Below the pieces are notes generated by a model that saw nothing but the letters and a program-made list of their open reading frames with translations, had not been told where the DNA came from and did no database searches. Source: Methanomassiliicoccus sp. (lineage in GTDB: Archaea > Thermoplasmatota > Thermoplasmata > Methanomassiliicoccales > Methanomassiliicoccaceae). Taken from it: a DNA stretch of 64,000 nt. Below are positions 17,969 through 27,770 of the stretch, one piece after another (the first letter of the stretch is position 1; each line of letters starts with the position of its first letter). The position numbers and the translations under genes were made by a program. Where the stretch lies: assembly GCA_012719175.1 (NCBI GenBank), contig JAAYAX010000006.1, positions 17,777-81,776 of the forward strand, written 5' to 3'.

Positions 17969-19135
17969 CTACAGCACCTCCTCCTTCGAGCACACGTCCA
18001 ACGGTCTTTGCTCTCTGCTCGCGGGCAGGGGGACTACCGGCTCCGTGAGCTGGAACTCGTTCTTCATGATCATGGACTTGAGGCGTTCGGCGATCATGCG
18101 GGCCTTAAAGTACGATGACAGGGAGGAGGTCTTGACCTTCTTCCCGAACAGATCCACCGTACCACTGCGCAGCTGGGCGTAGCTCACCTCGATCATCGGC
18201 TTGCGGTTCCGGGACTGTATGGCATAGTCCAGGACCGGGGCGTAGATCTGATCATCACGTACACTGGCCGTTCTCATGAGGTCCTCGTCCAATATGGGGA
18301 TGGGCACCCCGATGCCGACTCCCAGGCTGGGACCGTAACCGTGGAAGTTGAGGGCCCGCAGGAACTCGTCGCTCATGCCCCTCAGGTCTCCGATGACCGC
18401 CAGGTTGCGTCCCGCGGACGAGGGCACTCCGTTCCTCTCGGGCACGCCGGTCTTGTACTGCGTGCCCTCCCAGGCCACATAGCCTATACCCCCTCCGAGG
18501 AATATCCTGGTGCCTATGCCTATGGTCCGTAGCTTAGGGTCCTTGAGCAAGGGGGAGAGCTGGCCTGCGCTGCAGTAGGTCGCGTTGCCGTAGTGGGGCA
18601 GCAGCTTCCCCATGTAGGTGAACAAAGCCTTCTCCGATGAGTTGGTGGCCACCCCGTAGTTCTGATAGGCGTTGCGGGGGTTGAACATGTATGCCTGGTT
18701 CACCGACTTCAGCGAGATGTAGGTATCAATGTCCCGACGAGGGTAGCAGTCGGTACCGTACGCCGATGCCCGGAGGTGGACCGCTTCCCCTTTGACCAGG
18801 GATTCTATCACATGGGCTCCGCCGTACTCCATGCCGTCCCCCTCACGCAGCTCGGTGGCTCCGATATATGCATCCACCGCCGCCAGGCCCGTGTAGGCAG
18901 GCACTTCGTTCAGCCATACCTTCTGCATCTTGATGGGTGGCTCCGAGTGACCGAAGTTGATGAACGCTCCCGAGGAACACATAGCGCCGAAGGTACCCGT
19001 TGTTACAACGTCCACCTCCTTGGTGGCCTTCTCCAGTCCCTGGCTCTCCACCAGTTGGATGGCCTCCTCTGCCGTCATGACGACAGCATCGCCCTTCTCG
19101 ATCTTCGCGTTGATCTCTTCGTACGTTCTCTTCAC
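17969..19135 (-). CDS. COG1900/DUF39 homocysteine biosynthesis protein (MA1821-like), no CBS domains
   Basis: 388 aa, VVTTGTFG.MCSSGAF.NFGH, context with NIL-ferredoxin and asd. Confidence 0.8.
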   Translation of the reverse strand: MKRTYEEINAKIEKGDAVVMTAEEAIQLVESQGLEKATKEVDVVTTGTFGAMCSSGAFINFGHSEPPIKMQKVWLNEVPAYTGLAAVDAYIGATELREGDGMEYGGAHVIESLVKGEAVHLRASAYGTDCYPRRDIDTYISLKSVNQAYMFNPRNAYQNYGVATNSSEKALFTYMGKLLPHYGNATYCSAGQLSPLLKDPKLRTIGIGTRIFLGGGIGYVAWEGTQYKTGVPERNGVPSSAGRNLAVIGDLRGMSDEFLRALNFHGYGPSLGVGIGVPIPILDEDLMRTASVRDDQIYAPVLDYAIQSRNRKPMIEVSYAQLRSGTVDLFGKKVKTSSLSSYFKARMIAERLKSMIMKNEFQLTEPVVPLPASREQRPLDVCSKEEVL

Positions 19136-19145
19136 GGAATCACCT

Positions 19146-20207
19146 TTATAGGAGCTTCTTGGCGTTTGCCAGTTCGGCGTTGAGGACCGAGCCCCCCGCG
19201 CCTCCCCGGATGGTATTGTGGGACAGGACGAACATCTTGAAAAAGTTACCCTTCTTCCTTACTCTTCCCACGACCGTGCCCATGCCACGCGCCCTCTCCG
19301 GCTCCCCGGCGTTCACATCATACACTGGTTGGGGACGGTCCGCCTCCTTGCGCACGATGACCGGCCTGATGGGCGCGGTGGGGAGCTTCAGGCGTTGGGG
19401 CTCGGCCTTGAATGATGATAAGGTCTTGATCATCTCTTCCACGGTAGCATCCTCCTCGGTGCGCAAGGTGACGGATTCCAGGTGCCCGTCCTCCACCGGC
19501 ACCCTGACGCAGGAGGCTAGGACCTCCACGGGATGGTCGACGAACTTGCCCTTGCTGAGCGAGCCCAGTATCTTGGCCAGCTCCATCTCCATCTTCTCCT
19601 CCTCGTTCTTGATGTACGGGACCACGTTCCCAAGGATGTCCAGGGAAGGTACCCCTGGGTAACCGGCGCCGGAAACGGCCTGATAGGTGGAGGCGCACAC
19701 GAACTCCAGTCCGAACGATCTGTCCACCGCCTTAAGCGGCACAGCTATGCCGGTGGTGGAGCAGTTGGCGTTGGTGACGATGAAGCCCCCATCCTTGAAA
19801 GTGGCCTGTTTCTTCACCATATCCAGGTGAGGTGTGTTGCACTCCGGTATGAGCAGCGGGACGTTCCCCTCCATTCGGTGGTTCGCCGCGTTGGAGAATA
19901 CTGCGACCCCGGACCCTGCGAGCTGGCTCTCGAACGGCCCGGCGATATCGGACGGCAGCCCGGAGAACGCCACCCTGCAGTCACGGGCGATATTGGGGAC
20001 TATCAGCTGCTCGATCCTCATGTCCAGGATGTCCTCCCCGAACTCATGGTCTTTTACCTTGAGGGTGTCGCCCAGCCTCTTGCCCTCGGACCTCTCCGAG
20101 GCGTACAGCCCCCCGATCTCGAACATAGGGTGGTCCTCCAGAAGCTGCACGAACCTCTGCCCTATCATCCCCGTTGCTCCCAGAACCGCGACCTTTATCT
20201 TAGCCAT
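19146..20207 (-). CDS. asd: aspartate-semialdehyde dehydrogenase
   Basis: VAVLGATGMIGQRF, NCSTTG active-site Cys, SGAG. Confidence 0.92.
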   Translation of the reverse strand: MAKIKVAVLGATGMIGQRFVQLLEDHPMFEIGGLYASERSEGKRLGDTLKVKDHEFGEDILDMRIEQLIVPNIARDCRVAFSGLPSDIAGPFESQLAGSGVAVFSNAANHRMEGNVPLLIPECNTPHLDMVKKQATFKDGGFIVTNANCSTTGIAVPLKAVDRSFGLEFVCASTYQAVSGAGYPGVPSLDILGNVVPYIKNEEEKMEMELAKILGSLSKGKFVDHPVEVLASCVRVPVEDGHLESVTLRTEEDATVEEMIKTLSSFKAEPQRLKLPTAPIRPVIVRKEADRPQPVYDVNAGEPERARGMGTVVGRVRKKGNFFKMFVLSHNTIRGGAGGSVLNAELANAKKLL

Positions 20208-21287
20208 TCAGTTGCCTCCGAAATATTCACTGCCCTCTGTCATCATCCTCTCGAACGCCTCTCGGTCCCCCTTGACCCCCGCCTCCCGGAGGTCGTCGAG
20301 GGCGCGCTGCAGGTAAGCGAGAGCTTCTATATTGTGCGGGTTGAGATGTTGGATCTCATAGTAAAGTTGAGCATTCTCCGATGCCACGTCCCTTGAGATC
20401 CCCACCTGCCGGTGGAATGTGGTGGAACCGGCGCGGTCCAGGTCCTTGTACCCTCTGCCGCTCTGGCGAAGCGCCTCGAAGAAGGCGATGTTGACCGCAT
20501 GGCTCAGGCCCAGCACGTACGCCATCAGTGAGTCGTGCTCCTCCACGTCCAGCTCGATGACGTTGGACCCGTCCACCAGTGGTCTGGCCAGGTCCAAGGC
20601 CTCGATGGAACCGCAGTTGCACATGACCACATTGCGATTTATGATGGAGGGGGCCTCGGGCCCGAACATGGGGTGCAGGGAGCACACCTTGGCACCCCTA
20701 GCCGCGGCTTCACGCAGCACGGGTATGGACGGCGCCTTGATGGACGCAATATCGAAGACCAGCCCCTTGGGGTCGTATGACAGCACCTCCTTGAGCACCT
20801 CCGCCGTCTGTGAGATGGGGGTGGCCAGCACTATGACCTCAGCGTCTCTCACACCCTTCTTGAGGTCCTTCTCGACAGGGAACCGGGCGTTCTCCCCCTT
20901 GTCGAAGATCCTGATCTTGTGGCCCCGGGAGGCGAAGAACCGGCATAGCCAGCCGCCCATTCGACCGTTGCCGCCGACGATCAGGAACCTCTTAGATTGC
21001 TGTGGTCTGGGTATACGTCCCTGCTGCTCGATGGACTCGACTATGAGCAGTTCCGCGATGTGGCGGGCGGAATCGGCAGACATCCCGAACTCCTTCGCTC
21101 TGACCATGTAACGTTCGATGACCTTCTCCTCAACCTGGGGTGCGCGGAGGGGCAAGGAGTCGTTGGCCTTCATCTTACCCATCTCCACAGCTGCCGCCGT
21201 ACGGTTGGCCATCATGCGAAGGATCTCGCGATCGATCTTCTCGATGCGCTTTCTAATGTCTTCTATGCTCTCACGCAATGAAATCAC
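20208..21287 (-). CDS. tyrA: bifunctional chorismate mutase / prephenate dehydrogenase
   Basis: N-terminal AroQ-type CM (IRKRIEKIDREILRMMANR), then FLIVGGNGRMGGW Rossmann and PDH core. Confidence 0.85.
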   Translation of the reverse strand: MISLRESIEDIRKRIEKIDREILRMMANRTAAAVEMGKMKANDSLPLRAPQVEEKVIERYMVRAKEFGMSADSARHIAELLIVESIEQQGRIPRPQQSKRFLIVGGNGRMGGWLCRFFASRGHKIRIFDKGENARFPVEKDLKKGVRDAEVIVLATPISQTAEVLKEVLSYDPKGLVFDIASIKAPSIPVLREAAARGAKVCSLHPMFGPEAPSIINRNVVMCNCGSIEALDLARPLVDGSNVIELDVEEHDSLMAYVLGLSHAVNIAFFEALRQSGRGYKDLDRAGSTTFHRQVGISRDVASENAQLYYEIQHLNPHNIEALAYLQRALDDLREAGVKGDREAFERMMTEGSEYFGGN

Positions 21288-22329
21288 CTCTCAGGCATAG
21301 ATCGGCCAGGACCAATGCCGTGGCCGCCTCCACCACTACTACGGCCCGGGGGACGATGCACGGGTCGTGCCTCCCCTCGACCTTGATGGTGGTGTCCTCC
21401 ATCCTGTCAAGGTCGATCGTCCGTTGCTCGATAGCTATGGAGGCCGTGGGCTTGAACGCCACCTTGATGTCCAAGGGCATGCCGTTGGACAGGCCCCCGA
21501 GCACACCTCCGGCGTTATTGGTGATGGTGCTCACCTCGCCGTCCACCACCTGGAAGGAGTCGTTGTGCTCCGAACCCCTCATGGATGCGGCCCGGAAGCC
21601 GGCCCCGAACTCGATGCCCTTCACCCCAGGGATGGAGAACATCATCTTCGCTATCTCCCCTTCCAGGGAATCGAAGAAAGGCTCCCCTACGCCCATGGGG
21701 AGACCGACGGCAAGGCAGCGGACGATGCCTCCCACACTGTCCCCTTCGTGCTTCGCCTCCATGATCTCATGGATCATGTCCAAGGCCAGGGCGGGATCGG
21801 CGGAGCGCACCGGGTTCTCCTTGGCCTGCCGCTTCACTTCCTTGAAGGTCCTCTCCTGATCGTCCTCCACGCCGCCCAGGCGCTGGGTGTAGGCCGCGAT
21901 CTGGACGTTCAATCCTCGGAGCATCTCCTTGGCCACGGCGCCCGCGGCCACCAACGGGGCCGTCATCCGGCCGGAGAACTGGCCGCCCCCCCGGAGGTCG
22001 ACCGTTTCACCATACTTCCGGAGGGCCGTGAGGTCGGCATGGCCTGGGCGGGGCATCGCCCGGAACTTGTCGTACTTCGAGGAGTCGGTGTCCTTGTTGG
22101 CGATGAACAGCACCACGGGCGCGCCCGTGGACCTATCGTCCACCACGCCCGCGAGTATCTCCACGCGGTCCTCCTCCGCCCGCGGCGTTCCCAATGCTCC
22201 GGACGGGCGGCGCAGCTCCAGCTCCCTCTGTAGATAGTCCCGGTCCACATCGATCCCCGCCGGCACCCCGTCCAACACGCAACCAATGCCGGGGCCGTGG
22301 CTGGAGCCGAAGATGGTGAGCCTCAGCAT
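21271..22329 (-). CDS. aroC: chorismate synthase
   Basis: LTIFGSSHGPGIGCV.DG.PAG, RPGHAD, GGG.FSGR. Confidence 0.93.
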   Translation of the reverse strand: MLRLTIFGSSHGPGIGCVLDGVPAGIDVDRDYLQRELELRRPSGALGTPRAEEDRVEILAGVVDDRSTGAPVVLFIANKDTDSSKYDKFRAMPRPGHADLTALRKYGETVDLRGGGQFSGRMTAPLVAAGAVAKEMLRGLNVQIAAYTQRLGGVEDDQERTFKEVKRQAKENPVRSADPALALDMIHEIMEAKHEGDSVGGIVRCLAVGLPMGVGEPFFDSLEGEIAKMMFSIPGVKGIEFGAGFRAASMRGSEHNDSFQVVDGEVSTITNNAGGVLGGLSNGMPLDIKVAFKPTASIAIEQRTIDLDRMEDTTIKVEGRHDPCIVPRAVVVVEAATALVLADLCLRGDFIA

Positions 22330-22343
22330 GGTGCCGATGGTGT

Positions 22344-23609
22344 TCAGTTGACCACCTCTACATTGGCCCCCAACGCTCTCAGGTCCTCGGGGAACCGGGG
22401 GTAGGAGATGGCGTAACTATCCCCGTGGGAGATGGTGGTAGTGCCCTCGGCGACCAACCCCGCCACGGCAGCGGCCATGAGGATGCGGTGGTCTCCAGAG
22501 GGGTCGATGGACCTGCCCTTGAGGCGGGTGGGTCCTCTCACGACACAGCCATCCTTCCGCTCCTCGATGTCCGCGCCCATGGCCTTGAGGAAGCTGACCG
22601 TGGTGGCGATGCGGTCGCTCTCCTTGAAACGCAGGTGCTCGGCATTGGTCAGCGCGCTCTCTCCCCGCGCCTGCGTGGCCAGAACGGCAAGGATAGGGAA
22701 CGCGTCCGGCGAGTCTCCCAGGTCTACCTCCGTGCCATGGAGATCGCCCTTTCCCACGGTGACGCTCTCCCCACCCCGGGTGACCGATGCCCCGAACCTC
22801 GCAAGCACGTCGAGGATGCTACGGTCCCCCTGCTGGTCCTGGGGGTCAAGACCCGTCACCGTGACCTTCCCCGCCAGTGCCCCCGCCACCAGGGGGAACG
22901 AGGCCGAGGAGTAGTCGCCAGGGATGGTGTAGTCCCGGGGGCGGTAACGCTGGCCGCCCATCACACGATAGCCGTTCTTGGTCTCGGCGGTGGTGGCGCC
23001 AAAATGGGACATCATGTCCCGCGTGATCTGCACGTAAGGCCGTGACTTCAGGGGCGTGGTGATCACTATCTCCGTGTCCAGCTCCTTCAGGGCCGAGGAG
23101 ATCAGCAGGGAGGAGATGAACTGCGAGCTGATGTCTCCCTTGATGTGTGTCCAGCGGCCCTTGTTGGGACCACGAATGATGAGAGGGGGGCAGCCGTTGT
23201 TCTGGGAGGAGGCGTGAACGCCCATCTCCGTCAGGGCACTGATCAGGGGCTTCATGGGTCTCTGCTGCAAGGAGGCGTCCCCGGTGAGGGTCACGCTGTA
23301 CGGAAGCAGTGAGGCAATTCCCGCGAGCAGCCTTATGGTCGTTCCCGAATTGGCGCAATCGATGGCCGAGGCCGGTGCCCTCAGGCGTCCGCCCCGCACG
23401 ATGCGGTCGTCGTCCTCCGCCCGGAACGAGGCCCCGAACTGCTCCATCCCCCTGACGGTGGCCTGGGTATCGCCTCCTATGAGGGGGCGACGCAGCCTCG
23501 TCTCCCCATTAGCTAGACCGGCGAGCACCAGTGCCCGGTGGGTGTGGCTCTTGGAGGGGGTGGACGACAGTGTCCCCTGGAGGGCGGACGGCTTTACGAT
23601 GAGCTTCAC
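22344..23609 (-). CDS. aroA: 3-phosphoshikimate 1-carboxyvinyltransferase (EPSP synthase)
   Basis: PSKSHTHRAL.LA.LA.GET, NSGTT.RLL, 421 aa. Confidence 0.93.
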   Translation of the reverse strand: MKLIVKPSALQGTLSSTPSKSHTHRALVLAGLANGETRLRRPLIGGDTQATVRGMEQFGASFRAEDDDRIVRGGRLRAPASAIDCANSGTTIRLLAGIASLLPYSVTLTGDASLQQRPMKPLISALTEMGVHASSQNNGCPPLIIRGPNKGRWTHIKGDISSQFISSLLISSALKELDTEIVITTPLKSRPYVQITRDMMSHFGATTAETKNGYRVMGGQRYRPRDYTIPGDYSSASFPLVAGALAGKVTVTGLDPQDQQGDRSILDVLARFGASVTRGGESVTVGKGDLHGTEVDLGDSPDAFPILAVLATQARGESALTNAEHLRFKESDRIATTVSFLKAMGADIEERKDGCVVRGPTRLKGRSIDPSGDHRILMAAAVAGLVAEGTTTISHGDSYAISYPRFPEDLRALGANVEVVN

Positions 23610-24457
23610 TCCGTACCCTCCCCGTTGAACACGTCCACCACTCGGAGCTGGTACTCCTTCATGGACCCCATGAACTCATGGACCTTGTCTTCGACCACGA
23701 GCATCACCGTGGCCGGTCCCGTTCCCGTAAGGCCTGCCGCCAAGGCCCCGTTCTGAAGGGCCTGCAACGCGATCTCCTGGTCCAGGCCGAGAGCGGTGGA
23801 ATAGCACATCCCGTTCAGGGTGAGCGCCCGGTAATGATCCCCTTCCTGCGCTTGCTTGAAGGCCAGGTCCACGAGGCCCCTGACGGCCGATATCCTTTTC
23901 CTCGGCAGGTCGCTCTTGCGTATCTGCCCATCAGGAACGTGGACGACAGCCTTGATGTAATCAGGCATCCGGGAACGGTACAGGACCCTCTCGGACCTGT
24001 TGTCGGTCAGCACCACCCCGCCCATGGCACAGGCGCAGGCATCATCGAAGGCGCCGGTGATGGACACGCCGGCATCCAATGCCGCCTTGGTACCTATCCG
24101 TATAGCATCCAGCCGGTCCATGGTCTCGCCCAGCGCGTCCAGGGTGGCCAGGACGATGGCGTTGGCGGCGCTGCTGCTGCTCTTCAATCCCCGGGACACG
24201 GGTATCTGCGAGGTTGTCCTGACCTCCGCATGGTAGCTCCTATTGCCGCCCTTGGCCTCCAGGACGCCCTGCACACATCGCTCCGCCAGGGACGTGGCCT
24301 CGCTCGGAAGCCCGTCCATGGTGACGACTATGCCATTGCCCGTGGTTAGCTCCACTGTGGCCTCGGTCCTAAGGTCCAGCCCGAATGCGGCACCTTTCCC
24401 GCCAGCGATGGCATTGACTATGGTGGCGGCGCCATGGCTCATTCCCTTGCCCTTCAT
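23606..24457 (-). CDS. archaeal GHMP-family shikimate kinase
   Basis: GAATIVNAIA, PVSRGLKSSSSAANA GHMP motif; position in aro operon. Confidence 0.88.
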   Translation of the reverse strand: MKGKGMSHGAATIVNAIAGGKGAAFGLDLRTEATVELTTGNGIVVTMDGLPSEATSLAERCVQGVLEAKGGNRSYHAEVRTTSQIPVSRGLKSSSSAANAIVLATLDALGETMDRLDAIRIGTKAALDAGVSITGAFDDACACAMGGVVLTDNRSERVLYRSRMPDYIKAVVHVPDGQIRKSDLPRKRISAVRGLVDLAFKQAQEGDHYRALTLNGMCYSTALGLDQEIALQALQNGALAAGLTGTGPATVMLVVEDKVHEFMGSMKEYQLRVVDVFNGEGTE

Positions 24458-24459
24458 GG

Positions 24460-25914
24460 TTATCCCGTCCTCGCACCCGTGGCCATTACCTCATAGGGAG
24501 GCCTTTGCCCTGTCCAGGTCTCAAAAGCATCCATGGCTTGATAGATTAACATTTCCATGCCGGAGAGTGTTTTGGCCCCGTGCTTGTTCGCCTCCTCAAG
24601 GAAACGGGTGATGGGCGGGCTGTAGATCAGGTCTACCGCCCACTGGCCCGGCCTGAAGACATGGGGGTCCACCGGCAGCTCATTAGGGAAGCCCTGCATC
24701 CCCAGCGGTGTGCAGTTGATCACTATGTCAAAGGTCATGCGAGCGACATCCCCGTGGCTGGCGACGCGGCCGGAGAAGACCTTGGCCAGCTCTTGCGCCC
24801 TGGAAGCGGTCCGGTTCGTGAACCATATGTTCGCCCCCCGCCTCTCGAGTACGAGACCGCAGGCCCGGGCCGCTCCCCCCGCCCCTATCACCAGCGCACC
24901 CTTCCCCTTGGGGTCGGCGCCCGCTGCCAGCAGTGCCTTCTCCAGACCGGAAACGTCGGTATTGATACCAAGTAGCCTGCCGTTCTTGTTGACGATGGTG
25001 TTCACAGCCCCTACACGTTTGGCCAGAGGGTCTACATCGTCCAGGTGCCGCATCACAGCCTCCTTGTGAGGGATGGTGACGTTCAAGCCCCTGATGCCCA
25101 GCTCGCGGACCAGGTGCATGAGGTCCGGTAGCTCCGCGGCTGTGGCGGGGAAAGGGAGGTACTTTCCAGGAATGTTGAGTGAACTGAAGGCAGCATTATG
25201 AATGGCAGGTGACAGCGAATGCCCCAACGGGGAGCCAGTGATTCCTGTGATCAGGGGTTTGTCACCTAGGGCCTTCAGCGTGTCCAGGTCCATCTGCCCC
25301 GGCGCGGCCTCCTTTCCCTTCTCCAGGGATGCGTAGGTGAAGGCGCTCCCGAAGGCCCCGCTCATGACCCGAGTGATCTCGCCCAGCTCGCCCATTCCCA
25401 GGAGGATATATTTGTTGCCGGTGACCGAGAACATCCGGGCCGCTTCCAACAAGCGCCTCAGGTCGCTGATGTTGTTGACCATGTAAGCCACCTTGGCCAG
25501 GTCCCCTTTGGAGGCGGCGGTCACGAGCGCATCGATGATGCGGGACGTTGACGGGGTGCCCGTGAAGTCATGGAAGGAGCATATCAGACCTACGGACCTG
25601 AGCTCGCGGCCAAGCCGGTAAACGATGGGGGAATCGAACTCGATGTCCACGTTCTCGAACCCTATGCGGATGGCCCTGCGGAAGAACCTCAGCCGCTCCT
25701 CATCTCGGTGCTGGGAGCTGCCTCCCTGGCCTTCGGTGCGCAGGGTGGCGATGCGCGGTGATGTTAGCTTCCGGAAGGCGGAGAGGTCCTCGGGGAGCTT
25801 GGGCATCTTATCGAAGCGGACCTCCAGCAGGTCAGCTCCCTTCGCCTGTGCGATAAGCCCCGCAGCCACCGCTTCCTTAACTCCGTCCTCAACAAGGGAA
25901 ACACAGACCCGCAT
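24460..25914 (-). CDS. fused type I 3-dehydroquinate dehydratase / shikimate dehydrogenase
   Basis: N-half: LLEVRFD, SFHDF, AKVAYM (AroD); C-half: GHSLSPAIHNAAF, NVTIPHK, NTD, GAGGAARA (AroE); start moved to ATG 25914 (1-nt TGATG overlap with upstream stop). Confidence 0.88.
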   Translation of the reverse strand: MRVCVSLVEDGVKEAVAAGLIAQAKGADLLEVRFDKMPKLPEDLSAFRKLTSPRIATLRTEGQGGSSQHRDEERLRFFRRAIRIGFENVDIEFDSPIVYRLGRELRSVGLICSFHDFTGTPSTSRIIDALVTAASKGDLAKVAYMVNNISDLRRLLEAARMFSVTGNKYILLGMGELGEITRVMSGAFGSAFTYASLEKGKEAAPGQMDLDTLKALGDKPLITGITGSPLGHSLSPAIHNAAFSSLNIPGKYLPFPATAAELPDLMHLVRELGIRGLNVTIPHKEAVMRHLDDVDPLAKRVGAVNTIVNKNGRLLGINTDVSGLEKALLAAGADPKGKGALVIGAGGAARACGLVLERRGANIWFTNRTASRAQELAKVFSGRVASHGDVARMTFDIVINCTPLGMQGFPNELPVDPHVFRPGQWAVDLIYSPPITRFLEEANKHGAKTLSGMEMLIYQAMDAFETWTGQRPPYEVMATGARTG

Positions 25915-26942
25915 CAGATCTCCGTGATCGTCTCTTTGATGCTGTGGCCGAAGTGCCTTCCGCCCCCCTCCAGCCTGACCAGCACCTTCTGCCCGACCCT
26001 GAGGTCGGAAACGGAGATTGGCTCCTCGGGAGCGCACAGCCGTATAGTCTCCGCATTTTGGAGGATGGTGCTATACCTTTTTCCATTTTCCTCTACCTCG
26101 ACCAAGAGAAGGGGCCGTCGTTCGACCTTCGATCGTCCCACGACCACCTTTCTCGTCTCCCCCTTGTCGTCCACGGCCAGGACCTCATCCCCTCCCCGGA
26201 CCTCGGAGAGATACTTCGTCCTCCCATTGGCCATCATGATGTAGGAGTGGACCGCACCGGCATTGACCCGGAACGGACGGGCGGCCACGTACTCGCTCTC
26301 CGCGCTCTCCGACCCGATCAGGAAGAGGCAAGAGGACTGTGACCCCACCAGCATGCCCTCCCCTATCCTCAACAGGGAGCAAGTGTCCACACACACCCTA
26401 TCCCCCAGTGTAAGCGGCCGGATGGCGGTGACAGTGGCAGGGACCAGCTCAACGCTCGCCTTCCCCTGGTCGGCCAGGCCGGCGAAGGAGGACAAAGAGC
26501 CAGGGTCGTCGACCTCAATGACCACCCCGTCAGCCCCTTTCTCCATGGTCTCCAGGTAGAGCTTGGCCTCCAGTGGATCGGTCGCCACCACCAGTATCCG
26601 GGTGTGCGAGCCCTGGAACTCCGCAATGAGGTTCTCCAAGGGGATGACCTTCCAGTCGCGGGCGGAGATCAGCAAGTATCTCACCTGGTCCCGCAGGGAG
26701 TACGCTCGCTGCAGGTCCTCAGGCGTCGATATCTCCACAATGGTGCCGATGCGCTCCTCGCCGGAAAGGACGTCGGGACCACTGATGATCATGGCCTCGA
26801 ACCTCCCTAGGCGTTGGAGAGACTGGTCACCCTCTCTCAGGAGGATGTGGACCATGCCCTCCTCCAGGGCCGATGAGACCAACTTCTTGCGCTCCTCGTA
26901 GTCCGCGGGGCCGTCGGCCCGTACCCAAATGAGCTTCTCCAT
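25914..26942 (-). CDS. 3-dehydroquinate synthase II (archaeal, MJ1249 family)
   Basis: MEKLIWVRAD N-terminus, length 342 aa and position directly after ADH synthase. Confidence 0.85.
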   Translation of the reverse strand: MEKLIWVRADGPADYEERKKLVSSALEEGMVHILLREGDQSLQRLGRFEAMIISGPDVLSGEERIGTIVEISTPEDLQRAYSLRDQVRYLLISARDWKVIPLENLIAEFQGSHTRILVVATDPLEAKLYLETMEKGADGVVIEVDDPGSLSSFAGLADQGKASVELVPATVTAIRPLTLGDRVCVDTCSLLRIGEGMLVGSQSSCLFLIGSESAESEYVAARPFRVNAGAVHSYIMMANGRTKYLSEVRGGDEVLAVDDKGETRKVVVGRSKVERRPLLLVEVEENGKRYSTILQNAETIRLCAPEEPISVSDLRVGQKVLVRLEGGGRHFGHSIKETITEI

Positions 26943-26946
26943 GCTA

Positions 26947-27738
26947 TCACTCTAGTAGCTTCAGAGCCTCGTCCACAGAGGCATCGTGCAATACCACCTC
27001 GGCGACAGCCCTGGTTATGCCCGTCACATTGCGGTGTTGGAATATGTTCCTGCCGATGCTCACGCCCGAGCCCCCCGCCTCGACGGAGTCCTTGACCATC
27101 TGCAGAAGGTCCCGGTCGGAGTCCATCTTCGGTCCCCCCGCGATGAGAACAGGGATGATAGCACCCTTCACCACTTCCCGGAAGGTGTCGATCTCGCCCG
27201 TGTAGGACGTCTTGACGATGTCCGCCCCCAGCTCCATTCCCGCCCGGGCGCACTGCTTCAGAAGGTCCACGTCGAAGTTGTCCTTGATGTCCTTGCCCCG
27301 GGGGTAGAGCATCACCATGAGGGGCATCCCCCACTCATTGCACTCCCTGGCCACCTGGCCGAAGTCATGCAGCATCTCAGGTTCGGTGCTGGCGCCGATG
27401 TTGACGTGAATGGATACGGCGTCCGCTCCCATCTTGATGGCCTCCTCCACCGTCGTGACGATCACCTTGGAGTTGGGGTCCGGAGACAGGGAAGTGCTCG
27501 CTGAAAGGTGAACTATGAGGCCTATGTCCCGGCCGAAGGACCGGTGACCATAAGGTACCACCCCTTTGTGCATGACAACAGCGGTGGCCCCTCCCTGGGA
27601 CACCCTGTCGATGGTGGCCTTCATGTCCACTAGCCCTTGGATCGGACCCATGGTGATGCCATGGTCCACGGGCACCACTACGGCCCGTCCAGAGTTCCGA
27701 TCTATGATCCGCTCCATGCGGATGCTCTTGCCTGACAT
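26947..27738 (-). CDS. 2-amino-3,7-dideoxy-D-threo-hept-6-ulosonate synthase (ADH synthase, MJ0400/DhnA aldolase family)
   Basis: RMERII....[18 protein letters not shown] Schiff-base lysine region; track start 27762 is TTG, ATG at 27738. Confidence 0.88.
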   Translation of the reverse strand: MSGKSIRMERIIDRNSGRAVVVPVDHGITMGPIQGLVDMKATIDRVSQGGATAVVMHKGVVPYGHRSFGRDIGLIVHLSASTSLSPDPNSKVIVTTVEEAIKMGADAVSIHVNIGASTEPEMLHDFGQVARECNEWGMPLMVMLYPRGKDIKDNFDVDLLKQCARAGMELGADIVKTSYTGEIDTFREVVKGAIIPVLIAGGPKMDSDRDLLQMVKDSVEAGGSGVSIGRNIFQHRNVTGITRAVAEVVLHDASVDEALKLLE

Positions 27739-27753
27739 TATTATGCCTCGCTT

Positions 27754-27770
27754 GCTAGACAATATCTAGC
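27754..27770. promoter_or_regulatory. palindrome GCTAGAcaataTCTAGC between aro operon start and TATA-like elements
   Basis: 6-bp perfect arms; TATAAA (27774-27779) and TATTTAAAAA (27793-27802) nearby in the 164-bp divergent region. Confidence 0.35.
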
